Shown: positions 20,202 to 29,613 of the stretch, piece after piece
How positions within the stretch are numbered: position 1 is the first letter of the stretch
Layout of the letters: the number at the start of each line of letters is the position of its first letter
Source: Sulfuriflexus sp.
Lineage (GTDB): Bacteria; Pseudomonadota; Gammaproteobacteria; AKS1
NCBI RefSeq assembly: GCF_032250955.1
Contig: NZ_JAVVES010000003.1
Span: 1,268-65,267 of the forward strand
Length of the DNA stretch: 64,000 nt
Direction: 5' to 3'
Translations under genes and position numbers: made by a program
The notes under the pieces: generated by a model
What the model saw: the letters and a program-made list of their open reading frames with translations, nothing else
What the model was told of the DNA's origin: nothing
Database searches by the model: none

Positions 20202-22499
20202 ATGAGTCTGGCAGGCCCCGACAAGAAAATCAGCACTGAAATCAGTGCTGAAATGCAGGCATTCAGGGAACAATTGAAGTGCGGCTTCAAGGATCTTGAT
20301 GACATCTTTGTTGACTGTATGTCAGGTGCGCTCGCCGTGCTGAGCACGAATGGCATCAAGGCTTATCTGGAGGGCGCGTCATTAATATGCATGATCGGTC
20401 GTGGCTTTGAGCCCGTCCTGGTCTATCTCGAAGAAATGCCCGGGATTGCACAGCGACTCGGTGAAGCAACCCTGTCGATGGTTTCGAAAACCGTCTGGGA
20501 TATGTCCCGAACACCTAACGGCAAGGCCATTCCTCCCTTTTTGAACACGCTTGCCGAGGCGGCACGCCGCCTCGGTAGCGAAGAGCAACTACAACATTAT
20601 GTCGAAATCCTTCAGGACATGATGGAGCGCACCACCGGCTCCGTGCACGGTTTCCATACCAGTATCCCCAGCCCCGGCCTGCCGGATCTGTTGAACCAGA
20701 TGCCCTACCTGCTCAGCGAACTGTCCCTGGAAGGAATCAGAAACTGGATTGATTACGGCATCAGCAACTACAGCAGCAACCCGGAACGACAAAAAGATTA
20801 TTTTTGCCTGCAGTCAGCTGATAGTAAGGCGATCTTGAGCCGTGAACGGCATGGCACCCTGTTTATCGATCACGAGCGCAAGCTTGATTTATACCTGCAG
20901 GCACTTTGGGCACAGAAGTCTTCTCTTCTGCCCTATTCCAATGCCTTTGACCAGTTACGTAAACCCATCCCCTATTACGACAAACTGGGCATTCGTGTTC
21001 CGGATGTGTTTGATGATAAGGATGGTGTTACCGGCATAGATCGCTACCGTGCCGTACTCGCGCATATCGCCTCCCACCAGCGCTGGACCACGGCCATTGT
21101 GGCCGATAACTTCAGCCCTTTTCAGCGTATCGCCATTGAGACACTGGAAGACTCGCGGGTCGAATACCTGGCCATGCGGGACTACCCGGGCCTGAGAAAA
21201 ATACTCTTGTCCCTGCATCCGGCACCCGCGGAGGATGCCTGCGACCCGACAGAGGAATCCTGTATTCGCCACCGTCTCGCCATGTTGTCTTACGGCATTC
21301 TGAACCCGCAACACGGATACAAGAATTCTGACCTGCTTGATTGCATCGCCGCCTTCAACGACCTTATGCAGCAGGTTGAGACGCAGACAAAGGACATTGT
21401 CCAGCTGGCCATCTCCTATATTGCCAGGACCCGTCTGCAGTCCGATCAGTCACCCCGCATGCACTTCAAGGATACCGAGATCGATTACAGGGATGACAAT
21501 CGCCACATGTGGGTGTTCATTGAAGAAGGCGATGAAGAAGAGGCATTCGAGGACAATCGTGACGCTGCACCCAAAGAAAGCGAATTTGACGGCCTACCAC
21601 CCCGTCACTATAAGGAATGGAATTACAAGACCATGACTTATCGTCCTGACTGGGTAAGTCTTTACGAGACCCTGCACCCGTCAGGCAACGCAGCCGATAT
21701 TGATAAGGTTCTGGATAAACATGCCGGCCTGGCCAAACAACTCAGGCATATTCTGGATATGCTGAAACCCCAGCAATATGTGCGCGTACGCTACCAGGAA
21801 GAAGGCAGTGAACTCGATCTGGATGTGGCAATCCGCTCCCTGATCGACTTCAAGAGCGGCGCCCAGCCTGACCCGCGTATCAACATGAGCCACAAGCACG
21901 ATGGTCGTGACATTGCAGTCATGCTATTACTGGATCTGTCAGCTTCCCTGGCCGACACCCCGGAAGGTTGTACACAGACTATTTTACAACTCAGCCAGGA
22001 GGCCGTCGCCTTACTGGGCTGGTCGATTGAACACCTCGGTGACAAATTTGCCATTGCCGGCTTTTCATCAAACACCCGGCATGAGGTCCGCTACCAGCAC
22101 ATCAAGGGGTATAGTGAACACTGGAATACCGATGTCAAGGCGCGACTGGCGGCAATGACTGCCGGTTACTCCACCCGAATGGGCGCGGCAATGCGGCATG
22201 CCTCTCATTACCTTGGCGCCCAAAAGGCCGATAAGAAATTGTTGCTGGTGTTGACCGATGGCGAGCCATCAGACATTGATGTTGATGACCCGCAACTGCT
22301 CATAAAGGATGCGCATAAGGCAGTACAGGAACTGGATCAGGAAGGCATCTATACCTACTGCATCAACCTTGATGCCAATGTAAAACCGGGCGAGGATGAT
22401 TATGTTACCGGCATTTTCGGTAACCACTATACTATAATTGATAAAATTGAACGTTTGCCGGAGAAACTGCCCAAGTTGTTCATGGCACTGACCGGCTAG
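20202..22499 (+). CDS. cbbO: CbbO VWA-domain adaptor (form II-associated copy)
   Basis: 765 aa, co-linear with the first CbbO. Its C-terminal VWA domain has MLLLDLSASL and LLLVLTDGEPSDID. Confidence 0.9.
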   Translation: MSLAGPDKKISTEISAEMQAFREQLKCGFKDLDDIFVDCMSGALAVLSTNGIKAYLEGASLICMIGRGFEPVLVYLEEMPGIAQRLGEATLSMVSKTVWDMSRTPNGKAIPPFLNTLAEAARRLGSEEQLQHYVEILQDMMERTTGSVHGFHTSIPSPGLPDLLNQMPYLLSELSLEGIRNWIDYGISNYSSNPERQKDYFCLQSADSKAILSRERHGTLFIDHERKLDLYLQALWAQKSSLLPYSNAFDQLRKPIPYYDKLGIRVPDVFDDKDGVTGIDRYRAVLAHIASHQRWTTAIVADNFSPFQRIAIETLEDSRVEYLAMRDYPGLRKILLSLHPAPAEDACDPTEESCIRHRLAMLSYGILNPQHGYKNSDLLDCIAAFNDLMQQVETQTKDIVQLAISYIARTRLQSDQSPRMHFKDTEIDYRDDNRHMWVFIEEGDEEEAFEDNRDAAPKESEFDGLPPRHYKEWNYKTMTYRPDWVSLYETLHPSGNAADIDKVLDKHAGLAKQLRHILDMLKPQQYVRVRYQEEGSELDLDVAIRSLIDFKSGAQPDPRINMSHKHDGRDIAVMLLLDLSASLADTPEGCTQTILQLSQEAVALLGWSIEHLGDKFAIAGFSSNTRHEVRYQHIKGYSEHWNTDVKARLAAMTAGYSTRMGAAMRHASHYLGAQKADKKLLLVLTDGEPSDIDVDDPQLLIKDAHKAVQELDQEGIYTYCINLDANVKPGEDDYVTGIFGNHYTIIDKIERLPEKLPKLFMALTG

Positions 22500-22538
22500 T
22501 TAACAACCTGATTCCCGGCAAGCCGCAAATAGACGAGC

Positions 22539-22958
22539 ATGCTCATGAAAAACATCATCACCGCCTTGATCGAGTTCAGTTTCAGGGGCAAAAAATTTGC
22601 GCCCACGCTTACGCTTGAGCTCGACAGATACATGCAAGCGCATGGCCGCCTGCCCAATCTCTACCCGCTCATTGCTACCGAAAATCATATCGACCATTAC
22701 TCCTATGAATACGAAATGATGCAAGTCGAGCCGATTAAAATTGCGTATGCAGAAGGCCTTGTTGTGGACTTTGTTGTCGAGGGCTCCCTGGCGACCAGCG
22801 AATTTGAGCAAGCCTGGCGAGAACAGGCCACCCTTGCCGGCATAGAGAGTATCGTTAGAAAAAACATGAGTATCAACGATCTACAAGAACATCCCGGACT
22901 GAAGGAAACGCTTTTGGAAGTCTACCGATTGGGCGCAAACACCCCCCGCACCAGCTAG
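22539..22958 (+). CDS. Hypothetical protein, 139 aa
   Basis: The ORF starts 40 nt after cbbO. I recognise no domain. An antisense ORF (22500-22811) looks less protein-like. Confidence 0.45.
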   Translation: MLMKNIITALIEFSFRGKKFAPTLTLELDRYMQAHGRLPNLYPLIATENHIDHYSYEYEMMQVEPIKIAYAEGLVVDFVVEGSLATSEFEQAWREQATLAGIESIVRKNMSINDLQEHPGLKETLLEVYRLGANTPRTS

Positions 22959-23060
22959 GCCCGACTATACGACTCAGCGCCCGGTTCGCTTATTCTTCTG
23001 TAGAATTGTGCTAAAATTCAGCCTGTTAATTTACTACTCCCACTTATATTCCGGAAAACC

Positions 23061-23612
23061 ATGAGCATGCAGGACACCCCACAACGTAACCCTTCCCTGG
23101 CCGTCATGGCCCAGTTGATCTTCTGGAGCCGCTGGCTGCAGGCACCGTTATACCTTGGTCTGATCGTGGCCCAGGGTGTCTACGTGTTCCTGTTCCTGAA
23201 AGAGCTGATACACCTGGTGGCAGATGCGAACACCTTTACAGAGACGCAGATCATGCTCATGGTCCTCGGCCTGATTGACGTCGTCATGATTGCGAATCTG
23301 CTGATTATGGTTATTATCGGTGGCTATGAAACCTTTGTCTCGCGCCTGAACCTGAAGGAACATCCCGATCAACCACAATGGCTGTCACACGTAAATGCCA
23401 CCACCATGAAGATCAAGCTGGCCATGGCCCTGATCGGTATCTCCTCCATTCACCTGCTCAAGACCTTCATCAATGCAGAGCAAATGGATAATGATACGAT
23501 CTACTGGCAAGTCGTTATCCACCTGACCTTCATCGTTTCCGCGATTGCCATGGCGATCACAGACTACATCATGAACAAGAGTATTGCCGTGGCACACGCT
23601 CATGAACACTGA
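23061..23612 (+). CDS. yqhA: UPF0114 (YqhA) family inner-membrane protein
   Basis: 183 aa. SRWLQAPLYLGLIVA...GGYETFVSRL...SSIHLLKTF...VVIHLTFIVSA is co-linear with my recollection of E. coli YqhA. Confidence 0.8.
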   Translation: MSMQDTPQRNPSLAVMAQLIFWSRWLQAPLYLGLIVAQGVYVFLFLKELIHLVADANTFTETQIMLMVLGLIDVVMIANLLIMVIIGGYETFVSRLNLKEHPDQPQWLSHVNATTMKIKLAMALIGISSIHLLKTFINAEQMDNDTIYWQVVIHLTFIVSAIAMAITDYIMNKSIAVAHAHEH

Positions 23613-23626
23613 GTAACAGGGGTATT

Positions 23627-24043
23627 TTGTCAATAATGTATGATCGTCTCGATGCAGTCCCGGTTTACGCGCTACGCCAGGGCAAGGTGAAGGCGATGCA
23701 TTACAACCATGTACAATTGGCACTCAAGCGCCTTGGTGAAGAAATACGCATGCCTATTCCCGGGCTCAAGCACCTTGACCTGATTTTGCAAAAGAATGCC
23801 TGGATCATTGTTGACCGGGTACTTAATGATGTCCCGGTCGTCGCCTGGACGGATTTTGCGACCAGGGAACGCAGCAGCCTCCATGAAGATATCCCCTGCC
23901 AGATAAAGCATTATCATGCCAACGCGGTGATGATTATGAACCGCTCTCTGGATGCCATGGAAATGCTGTTAAGTGAAAAACTCCCGGAAATGCTGCCTGA
24001 CGAACTCTCGGATGTGTTGCCCTTCAGAAAGAAAGATGACTGA
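23627..24043 (+). CDS. Hypothetical protein, 138 aa
   Basis: The ORF starts 15 nt after yqhA. I recognise no family. It has an acidic C-terminus. Confidence 0.45.
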   Translation: MSIMYDRLDAVPVYALRQGKVKAMHYNHVQLALKRLGEEIRMPIPGLKHLDLILQKNAWIIVDRVLNDVPVVAWTDFATRERSSLHEDIPCQIKHYHANAVMIMNRSLDAMEMLLSEKLPEMLPDELSDVLPFRKKDD

Positions 24044-24267
24044 TACAATTATTGATTTGAATCGTCAGCCACCATCGTGGCCGGCACATCCTGCTGGTAA
24101 CACATGCCGGGGTGATGCGTGCGATCATTGCCCACATCCTCTGTGCCGGCCCGCTTGGCATGTACCGAATCAAGGTGCACAATGCCGGTATTACACGAAT
24201 AGTCTCCACCCCGGATGGCGACATGCTCGAATACCATAATCATACACTGAACGCCCAAGACTCCTGA
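24036..24267 (+). pseudogene. Remnant of a histidine-phosphatase (CobC/GpmB-like) gene with a large internal deletion and frameshift
   Basis: From ATG 24036 the reading is MTDTIIDL, resembling the start of this family, but the RHG motif is missing. From 24061 in another frame it reads VSHHRGRHILLVTHAGVMRAIIAHILCAGPLGMYRIKVHNAGITRIV..., which matches only the C-terminal third of the family. Confidence 0.55.
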
Positions 24268-24268
24268 T

Positions 24269-24874
24269 ATGGCCGACATACAGACGTACCTGGATAGCCT
24301 GCGCAAGGATATTACCTTTGATGTGGAACTGCGCGAACAGGCGCTGCACTTTCGCTCGACCTGGGGACTCTTCTCGCCCCGCGAGATCGATGAAGGCACC
24401 CGCCTGTTACTGAGTCATATCAAGATTGCCGAGGATGCCGATAGTCTCGATATCGGTTGCGGCTACGGGCCGATCGGCATCACCCTGGCCAGGCTCGCCC
24501 CCAGGGGTAACCACCTGCTGGTCGACAAGGACTTTGTCGCCGTCGATTATGCGAACCGTAACATCAAGGATAACAAGCTGGATAATGCCGAGGCGGTCCT
24601 CAGCAATGCCTTCGACCAGGTTGGTGATCGTCAGTTTGATATCATTGTTTCGAACATCCCTGCCAAGGTCGGCAAGGAGATGTTGTTGCTCATCCTCTAT
24701 GATGCCCTCGCCCATCTGAAACCCGGCGGACAACTGTACGTGGTCACGATTAACGGCCTGCGCAAGTTCATGAAACGCCATTTTGAAGAGGTCTTTGGCA
24801 ACTACAAGAAACTTAAACAGGGCAGCAATTACACTGTCGCTCGTGCTATCAGGGAACCTGGAGACACGTACTAA
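24269..24874 (+). CDS. Class I SAM-dependent methyltransferase, RsmC/RsmD-like small-domain type
   Basis: 201 aa with SAM motif I (LDIGCGYGPIGITLA) and the N-methylation-type motif IVSNIPAKVG. Confidence 0.75.
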   Translation: MADIQTYLDSLRKDITFDVELREQALHFRSTWGLFSPREIDEGTRLLLSHIKIAEDADSLDIGCGYGPIGITLARLAPRGNHLLVDKDFVAVDYANRNIKDNKLDNAEAVLSNAFDQVGDRQFDIIVSNIPAKVGKEMLLLILYDALAHLKPGGQLYVVTINGLRKFMKRHFEEVFGNYKKLKQGSNYTVARAIREPGDTY

Positions 24875-24942
24875 CCCTATACTCCTCTTTGTCGCTGATG
24901 ACCGGATTGAAAATACGGCAGGCGCGGCATAGGCTATTGAAC

Positions 24943-25866
24943 ATGCATGCCACACGTCTTCCTGTCACAGCCATCCTGCTTGTCCTGCTTTCGGGCAATG
25001 CCTTTCTTTTCGCCCATAAGCCGGCAAGAGCTGATGCGCAGGCCTTGCAGCAAGAGTACCAGCGGCTCCAGGGAAAGCTTGCCTCGAATGTCTATGGCAT
25101 TCCTGTTTATATCAAATCCAGCAGTAATGACGACAACCAGATGCACGGCGAGATATTTGGTGTCATCAGCCACCCTTACGACAAGGTCAGGGATGTTCTG
25201 GGTACGCCTGCGACCTGGTGCGATATCGTGCCATTGCATCTCAATATCAAGGCCTGTACCTATCAGCAGCGGGATAAACAATATCTGCTTACCTTCTATA
25301 CCGGCCGAAAGTTTTATGAGTCACCCGATAACGCATACATTATCCGTTATCTTTATACTCCCCTCGCACGCCACGAAGACTATCTTGATATTCAGCTGAC
25401 CGCTGATTCCGGACCACTGGGTACGGAAGACTACAACATCAGCGTTGAAGCCATTCCATTAGACGATGATTCGACATTTCTCCATTTCAGTTTCTCATAC
25501 CAGCACGGTCTGCTTGCCAACCTAGCCATGGGAACTTACTTCCTGACCCTCGGTAGTGGCAAGATCGGCTTCAGCATAGTCGAAGAAGACGAAAGTGGCG
25601 AACCTGTTTATGTTAAAGGTAACCGTGGTGTTATCGAGCGTAATGTCGTACGTTATTATTTTGCCATCCAGAGTTACCTGGTCACGCTTGATGTGGCGAG
25701 TGAGCAGCGCCTCCAGGCACGTCTCGATCGCTGGTTCGAATTGACGGAACAACATGCCCGGCAACTCCACGAACTCGACAAAGAGAAATATCTGGAGTAC
25801 AAACACCTGGAGCGCAAGGATCAAATACGACTGCAGGCGGAGATTGACTATGTTCAAAACCGATAA
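24943..25866 (+). CDS. Secreted hypothetical protein with coiled-coil C-terminus
   Basis: I chose the start at MHATRLPVTAILLVLLSGNAFLFAHKPARA (signal peptide). The track ORF starts with TTG at 24889. I recognise no family. Confidence 0.5.
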   Translation: MHATRLPVTAILLVLLSGNAFLFAHKPARADAQALQQEYQRLQGKLASNVYGIPVYIKSSSNDDNQMHGEIFGVISHPYDKVRDVLGTPATWCDIVPLHLNIKACTYQQRDKQYLLTFYTGRKFYESPDNAYIIRYLYTPLARHEDYLDIQLTADSGPLGTEDYNISVEAIPLDDDSTFLHFSFSYQHGLLANLAMGTYFLTLGSGKIGFSIVEEDESGEPVYVKGNRGVIERNVVRYYFAIQSYLVTLDVASEQRLQARLDRWFELTEQHARQLHELDKEKYLEYKHLERKDQIRLQAEIDYVQNR

Positions 25867-25949
25867 AACAATAGTCAATGCCTGTAGCGATAAAATGGTC
25901 TTACTGTATTAGCCAGATCATTTTCCAGCGCCCTTGCTATAATCAGCCC

Positions 25950-26804
25950 ATGACTGTCTTCGAAAAACACCTTACTGTTGCTGACAATAACGAGAGCGTT
26001 ATAGCTCAACTTGCCGCGTCCAGCGACCTGTCCAGACAGCGCATCAAGCAGGCCATGTTCAAGGGTGCGGTCTGGTTTACCCGCGGCAACAGCACGCAGC
26101 GCATACGTCGGGCCACAAAGACCCTGCAACCCGGGGATGTAGTCCATCTCTACTATGATGAAAAGGTGCTCGCACGCGAGCCGCTGCCGGCGGAAATAGT
26201 CGCCGATCAAGGCGCCTACAGCATCTGGTACAAGCCTTACGGCATGCTCTCACAAGGCTCGAAATGGGGAGATCACTGCACCATCAGGCGATGGGCCGAG
26301 CAGCACCTGCTGCCACAACGCCCGGCCCTGGTCGTGCACCGTCTTGACCGGGCCGCAACCGGCCTGATCCTGATCGCGCATGAGAAAAAAGTCGCTACGG
26401 CTCTCGCTGCGCTGTTCGAGTCACGGGCTATCGAGAAATGCTACCGGGCTATCGTGCACGGCAGGTTTCCTGACGAAACACAAACCATAAATTCCGATAT
26501 TGATGGCAAAACAGCGATCAGCCATGTGCGCCGATTAGACTATGATGAGACTCTCTGGAAAAGTTTAGTAGAAGTAAAAATTGAGACCGGGCGCAAACAC
26601 CAGATACGCCGCCACCTTAGTGAGGCCGGCTTTCCAATTGTCGGCGATCGTCTCTATGGCGACGTCAAAAAAAATAGCGAGCATGAAGACCTGCAATTGA
26701 CGGCCTTCACACTCGCCTTCCAGTGTCCGGTCACTGACAAACCGCTAACCTTCCGCCTCGCCGATGACAGACTGCCGCAGCTATCTTCCCCGGCTACCGC
26801 ATGA
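25950..26804 (+). CDS. RluA-family pseudouridine synthase
   Basis: Catalytic motif HRLDRAATGLILIA and the KHQIRRHL motif. The start is taken at MTVFEKHL; the ORF-track start at 25878 is possible. Confidence 0.85.
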   Translation: MTVFEKHLTVADNNESVIAQLAASSDLSRQRIKQAMFKGAVWFTRGNSTQRIRRATKTLQPGDVVHLYYDEKVLAREPLPAEIVADQGAYSIWYKPYGMLSQGSKWGDHCTIRRWAEQHLLPQRPALVVHRLDRAATGLILIAHEKKVATALAALFESRAIEKCYRAIVHGRFPDETQTINSDIDGKTAISHVRRLDYDETLWKSLVEVKIETGRKHQIRRHLSEAGFPIVGDRLYGDVKKNSEHEDLQLTAFTLAFQCPVTDKPLTFRLADDRLPQLSSPATA

Positions 26805-27104
26805 TTACTTCTTTGATTCCTCAATATAGGCGCGTGCAGTGCTGACCTTGTCGATACAACCCGCGTAGGCGCCAAAACCTGACTGTACCTTGGCCGTTCC
26901 CAGCAGGCTTGCCGCCTTGGTGTATTCCCAGCTCCCGCCGAAGCCTGTGGTCTTGGCAAAATCGAGTTCCTTGTAGGCAATCTCAATCCCCTTCTCACAT
27001 GAACTGGCAAGCTTGTTTTCTGCTGCCGTGTTTTGGCTGGTGCTGGCACACGCAGATATACCTATACACAGTACCCCGAGTAACATACTACGATAAATAT
27101 TCAT
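26805..27104 (-). CDS. Small lipoprotein, unknown function
   Basis: 99 aa with the lipobox GISAC. It is convergent with, and abuts, the pseudouridine synthase gene. Confidence 0.55.
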   Translation of the reverse strand: MNIYRSMLLGVLCIGISACASTSQNTAAENKLASSCEKGIEIAYKELDFAKTTGFGGSWEYTKAASLLGTAKVQSGFGAYAGCIDKVSTARAYIEESKK

Positions 27105-27397
27105 TGTTCAGACCTCCATAAAGTTTGAGGTCCTTATGCTAGCGCCGCCGCGCATTTTTTATGTGAGGCAAGTCTTAAAATCAAACCGGCATTGTCAATT
27201 GGTTCACAGTTTGAGACTAAAACAAGAATACCCGCAACTGTGCCAGTCTTTCCCCCTTCTGAAAACCGCTATGGCGGTCTTTCTCCCTGGCCGACCGTGT
27301 GCCGGCACATTACAGCTGGCTTTACACGGCTTTTTCCCCTGAATCATTCAGGTATACTTTCGTTCTGCCTCGTACTGTTTTTATAAGGAGTAACACT

Positions 27398-27982
27398 ATG
27401 GTCCAGACCGAATCCACCATGCTCGCCCTCGGCACCCCGGCACCGGACTTTTCTTTGCCCGAACCGGCCACGGGCAAGACCTGGTCACTCGCCGATTTTA
27501 CCGGCAACCAGGCATTTTTGGTAACCTTCATGTGCAACCATTGCCCTTACGTATTGCATATTCATAAACAGCTCAACGCCCTCATTCGTGAATACCAGCC
27601 CAGGGGCCTCGCCGCCGTGGCCATCAATGCCAATGACGTTGCCGCCTACCCGGCAGACAGTCCAGAGAAAATGGCCGCGCTGTCCAGAGAAATGGACTAC
27701 TGTTTTCCCTACCTGTTTGACGCCGAGCAGACCGTGGCCAGGGCCTACAGGGCCGCCTGCACGCCGGACTTTTTTCTCTTCGACAAGGATATGAAGCTCG
27801 CCTACCGGGGCCAGTTCGATGCCTCGCGACCGGGCAGCGAATTGCCGGTGACCGGTGCGGATATGGGCGCCGCCATCGAGGCAATACTGACCGGAGACCC
27901 CATTCCTGCAGAGGCACAAAGCCCAAGCATGGGCTGTAACATCAAGTGGAAGCCGGGTAACGAGCCAACTTGTTCTAGCTAG
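27398..27982 (+). CDS. Thioredoxin-fold protein (AhpC/TSA-like thiol-disulfide oxidoreductase)
   Basis: 194 aa from MVQTESTMLALGTPAPDFSLPE, preceded by AAGGAG. It has the CNHCP redox motif. The track start at 27299 is an upstream extension. Confidence 0.8.
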   Translation: MVQTESTMLALGTPAPDFSLPEPATGKTWSLADFTGNQAFLVTFMCNHCPYVLHIHKQLNALIREYQPRGLAAVAINANDVAAYPADSPEKMAALSREMDYCFPYLFDAEQTVARAYRAACTPDFFLFDKDMKLAYRGQFDASRPGSELPVTGADMGAAIEAILTGDPIPAEAQSPSMGCNIKWKPGNEPTCSS

Positions 27983-28117
27983 TATTACTAGTTTTTTATT
28001 ACATTCCACTGATTTACACTGTATGTTCTAGGTTATGACATGGTTAACAGCCATCTCAGCCTCGCAAATATTTTTTTATTTGCACATAAAGCAAGACTTA
28101 ACCAAGGATGAAAGACT

Positions 28118-28720
28118 ATGCGTAAATTTCTGCACTTCATTGTTCTTGCAATCGGTACATCCTTACTATCACTGCCTGCATATGGACTGGAAGGCGTATT
28201 GCTGGATAGTGCGGGCAATTACGTAACTGATAGCTCTGGTGAATGTGTCTCGGTTGGCAAGCTGAAACATTTTCACCGGGCGGATGGCACCGGCTACTGC
28301 GCGGATTTACCCGAGAAGGTGGCCCAAACCGCACCTACACCCGCGCCTGCACCAGAACCTGCCACCTACGAGATCGTGACGACACTCGATGCACATGCCC
28401 TGTTCAGCCATGATCGGTCAAACCTGCGACCTGCAGGCAGGAGTGAACTCGATGCGCTGGTCTCCAAGCTGAAGGGTTACTCTTCTCAGAGAATTAGTAT
28501 TATCGGCCACACCGACAGCCAGGGAACCGACGCATACAACCAGCTCCTCAGCGAGCGCCGCGCGGCATCGGTAAAGAACTACCTCATTAGACAGGGTATC
28601 GACGCCGATTCTATTTCGACCGTGGGCAGGGGTGAAAGCCAGCCTGTCGCCTCCAATAGCACCGCCGCCGGGCGGCAACAGAATCGCCGTGTTGAAATTG
28701 CCGTGAGTGCCACAAGGTAA
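28118..28720 (+). CDS. OmpA-family peptidoglycan-associated protein
   Basis: 200 aa with a signal peptide and a Pro/Ala linker. The C-terminal OmpA-like domain reads IIGHTDSQGTDAYNQLLSERRAASVKNYL...NRRVEI. Confidence 0.85.
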   Translation: MRKFLHFIVLAIGTSLLSLPAYGLEGVLLDSAGNYVTDSSGECVSVGKLKHFHRADGTGYCADLPEKVAQTAPTPAPAPEPATYEIVTTLDAHALFSHDRSNLRPAGRSELDALVSKLKGYSSQRISIIGHTDSQGTDAYNQLLSERRAASVKNYLIRQGIDADSISTVGRGESQPVASNSTAAGRQQNRRVEIAVSATR

Positions 28721-28745
28721 TCAACCCGCGGGTAGCAGAAACAGG

Positions 28746-28772
28746 ACGGGACGGCATCTGCCGTCCCGTTTT
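28746..28772. terminator. Hairpin terminator between the convergent ompA-like gene and def
   Basis: ACGGGACGGCA-TC-TGCCGTCCCGT forms a perfect 11-bp stem followed by TTTT on the plus strand. Confidence 0.75.
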
Positions 28773-28777
28773 ACTTT

Positions 28778-29329
28778 TTACGCTTCACCAGGCAGGTCTG
28801 GATTCGCCAACAACCCGCCGGCGAGTAATTCTTCCGTAAAGCCAAAATAGCGCATATCCCGAATTCGTTGCGGATAGAGAATGCCATCCAGGTGGTCACA
28901 CTCGTGCTGCACGACCCGGGCATGGAAACCGGTCACCTCTCGCGCCACGACCCGGCCCAGCTGGTCGAAACCCTCGTAATGAAGATACGTAAAGCGGGGC
29001 ACCAGGCCACGCATACCGGGGACGGAGAGGCAGCCTTCCCAGTCTTCGTCGGTCTCTTCCCTTAGCGGCACAATCTGCGGATTGATGAGTACGGTCTGTG
29101 GCACCGCTTCGGCATCGGGATAGCGCGGATTCTGCCCAACCTCGAAAATGACGACCCGCAGATCCACGCCGATCTGTGGCGCGGCCAGGCCTGCACCATC
29201 GCAGGCGGCCATGGTCTCAAACATATCCGTAATCAACCTGTCCAGTACCGGCGTATTGAAGTCCTGCACGGCCCTGGCCTGTCGTAACAGGGCCGGCTCG
29301 CCCATGCGCAGTATCTCTCTGATGGCCAT
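28778..29329 (-). CDS. def: Peptide deformylase
   Basis: 183 aa with the motifs [16 protein letters not shown] and QHECDHL. Confidence 0.95.
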   Translation of the reverse strand: MAIREILRMGEPALLRQARAVQDFNTPVLDRLITDMFETMAACDGAGLAAPQIGVDLRVVIFEVGQNPRYPDAEAVPQTVLINPQIVPLREETDEDWEGCLSVPGMRGLVPRFTYLHYEGFDQLGRVVAREVTGFHARVVQHECDHLDGILYPQRIRDMRYFGFTEELLAGGLLANPDLPGEA

Positions 29330-29613
29330 CGTCTACGCCCTCATCTTGTTCGGTAAAGATTGCTGGTTGGCCGATGCCTCATCCTGTGGTTGAGACCCCG
29401 GCGTATCCTTTATTCATTGTGCCCGCCGCCGACAACGCATGGAATATGCTGCGTTTCATGTCGATCGGCCATTCCCGCCGTCAGCCAGGCTTCCAGCGGC
29501 TCAAGGGGCAGTGGCCCGGCCTGTCCGGCTTAGACAAAGACCGGCATTTGCGTCTGCCTCGCAGTCACGGCACAATCACGCCTTCATCCCGGAAGCATAA
29601 GCAGAATCTCACC

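Noticed and set aside
27338-27352. 15-nt perfect palindrome CCTGAATCATTCAGG just upstream of a TATACT element before the thioredoxin-like gene
   Set aside because: It is a real palindrome. However, there is no convincing -35 at proper spacing, no second copy in the window, and no adjacent regulator. That is too little to call an operator.
29330-29613. Possible purine-related riboswitch (ZTP/pfl) in the 284-nt def-purC spacer
   Set aside because: I could not find the conserved ZTP blocks (GGGUCGUGAC...CCGCCUGGGCA-type), and there is no terminator or Shine-Dalgarno-sequestering helix.
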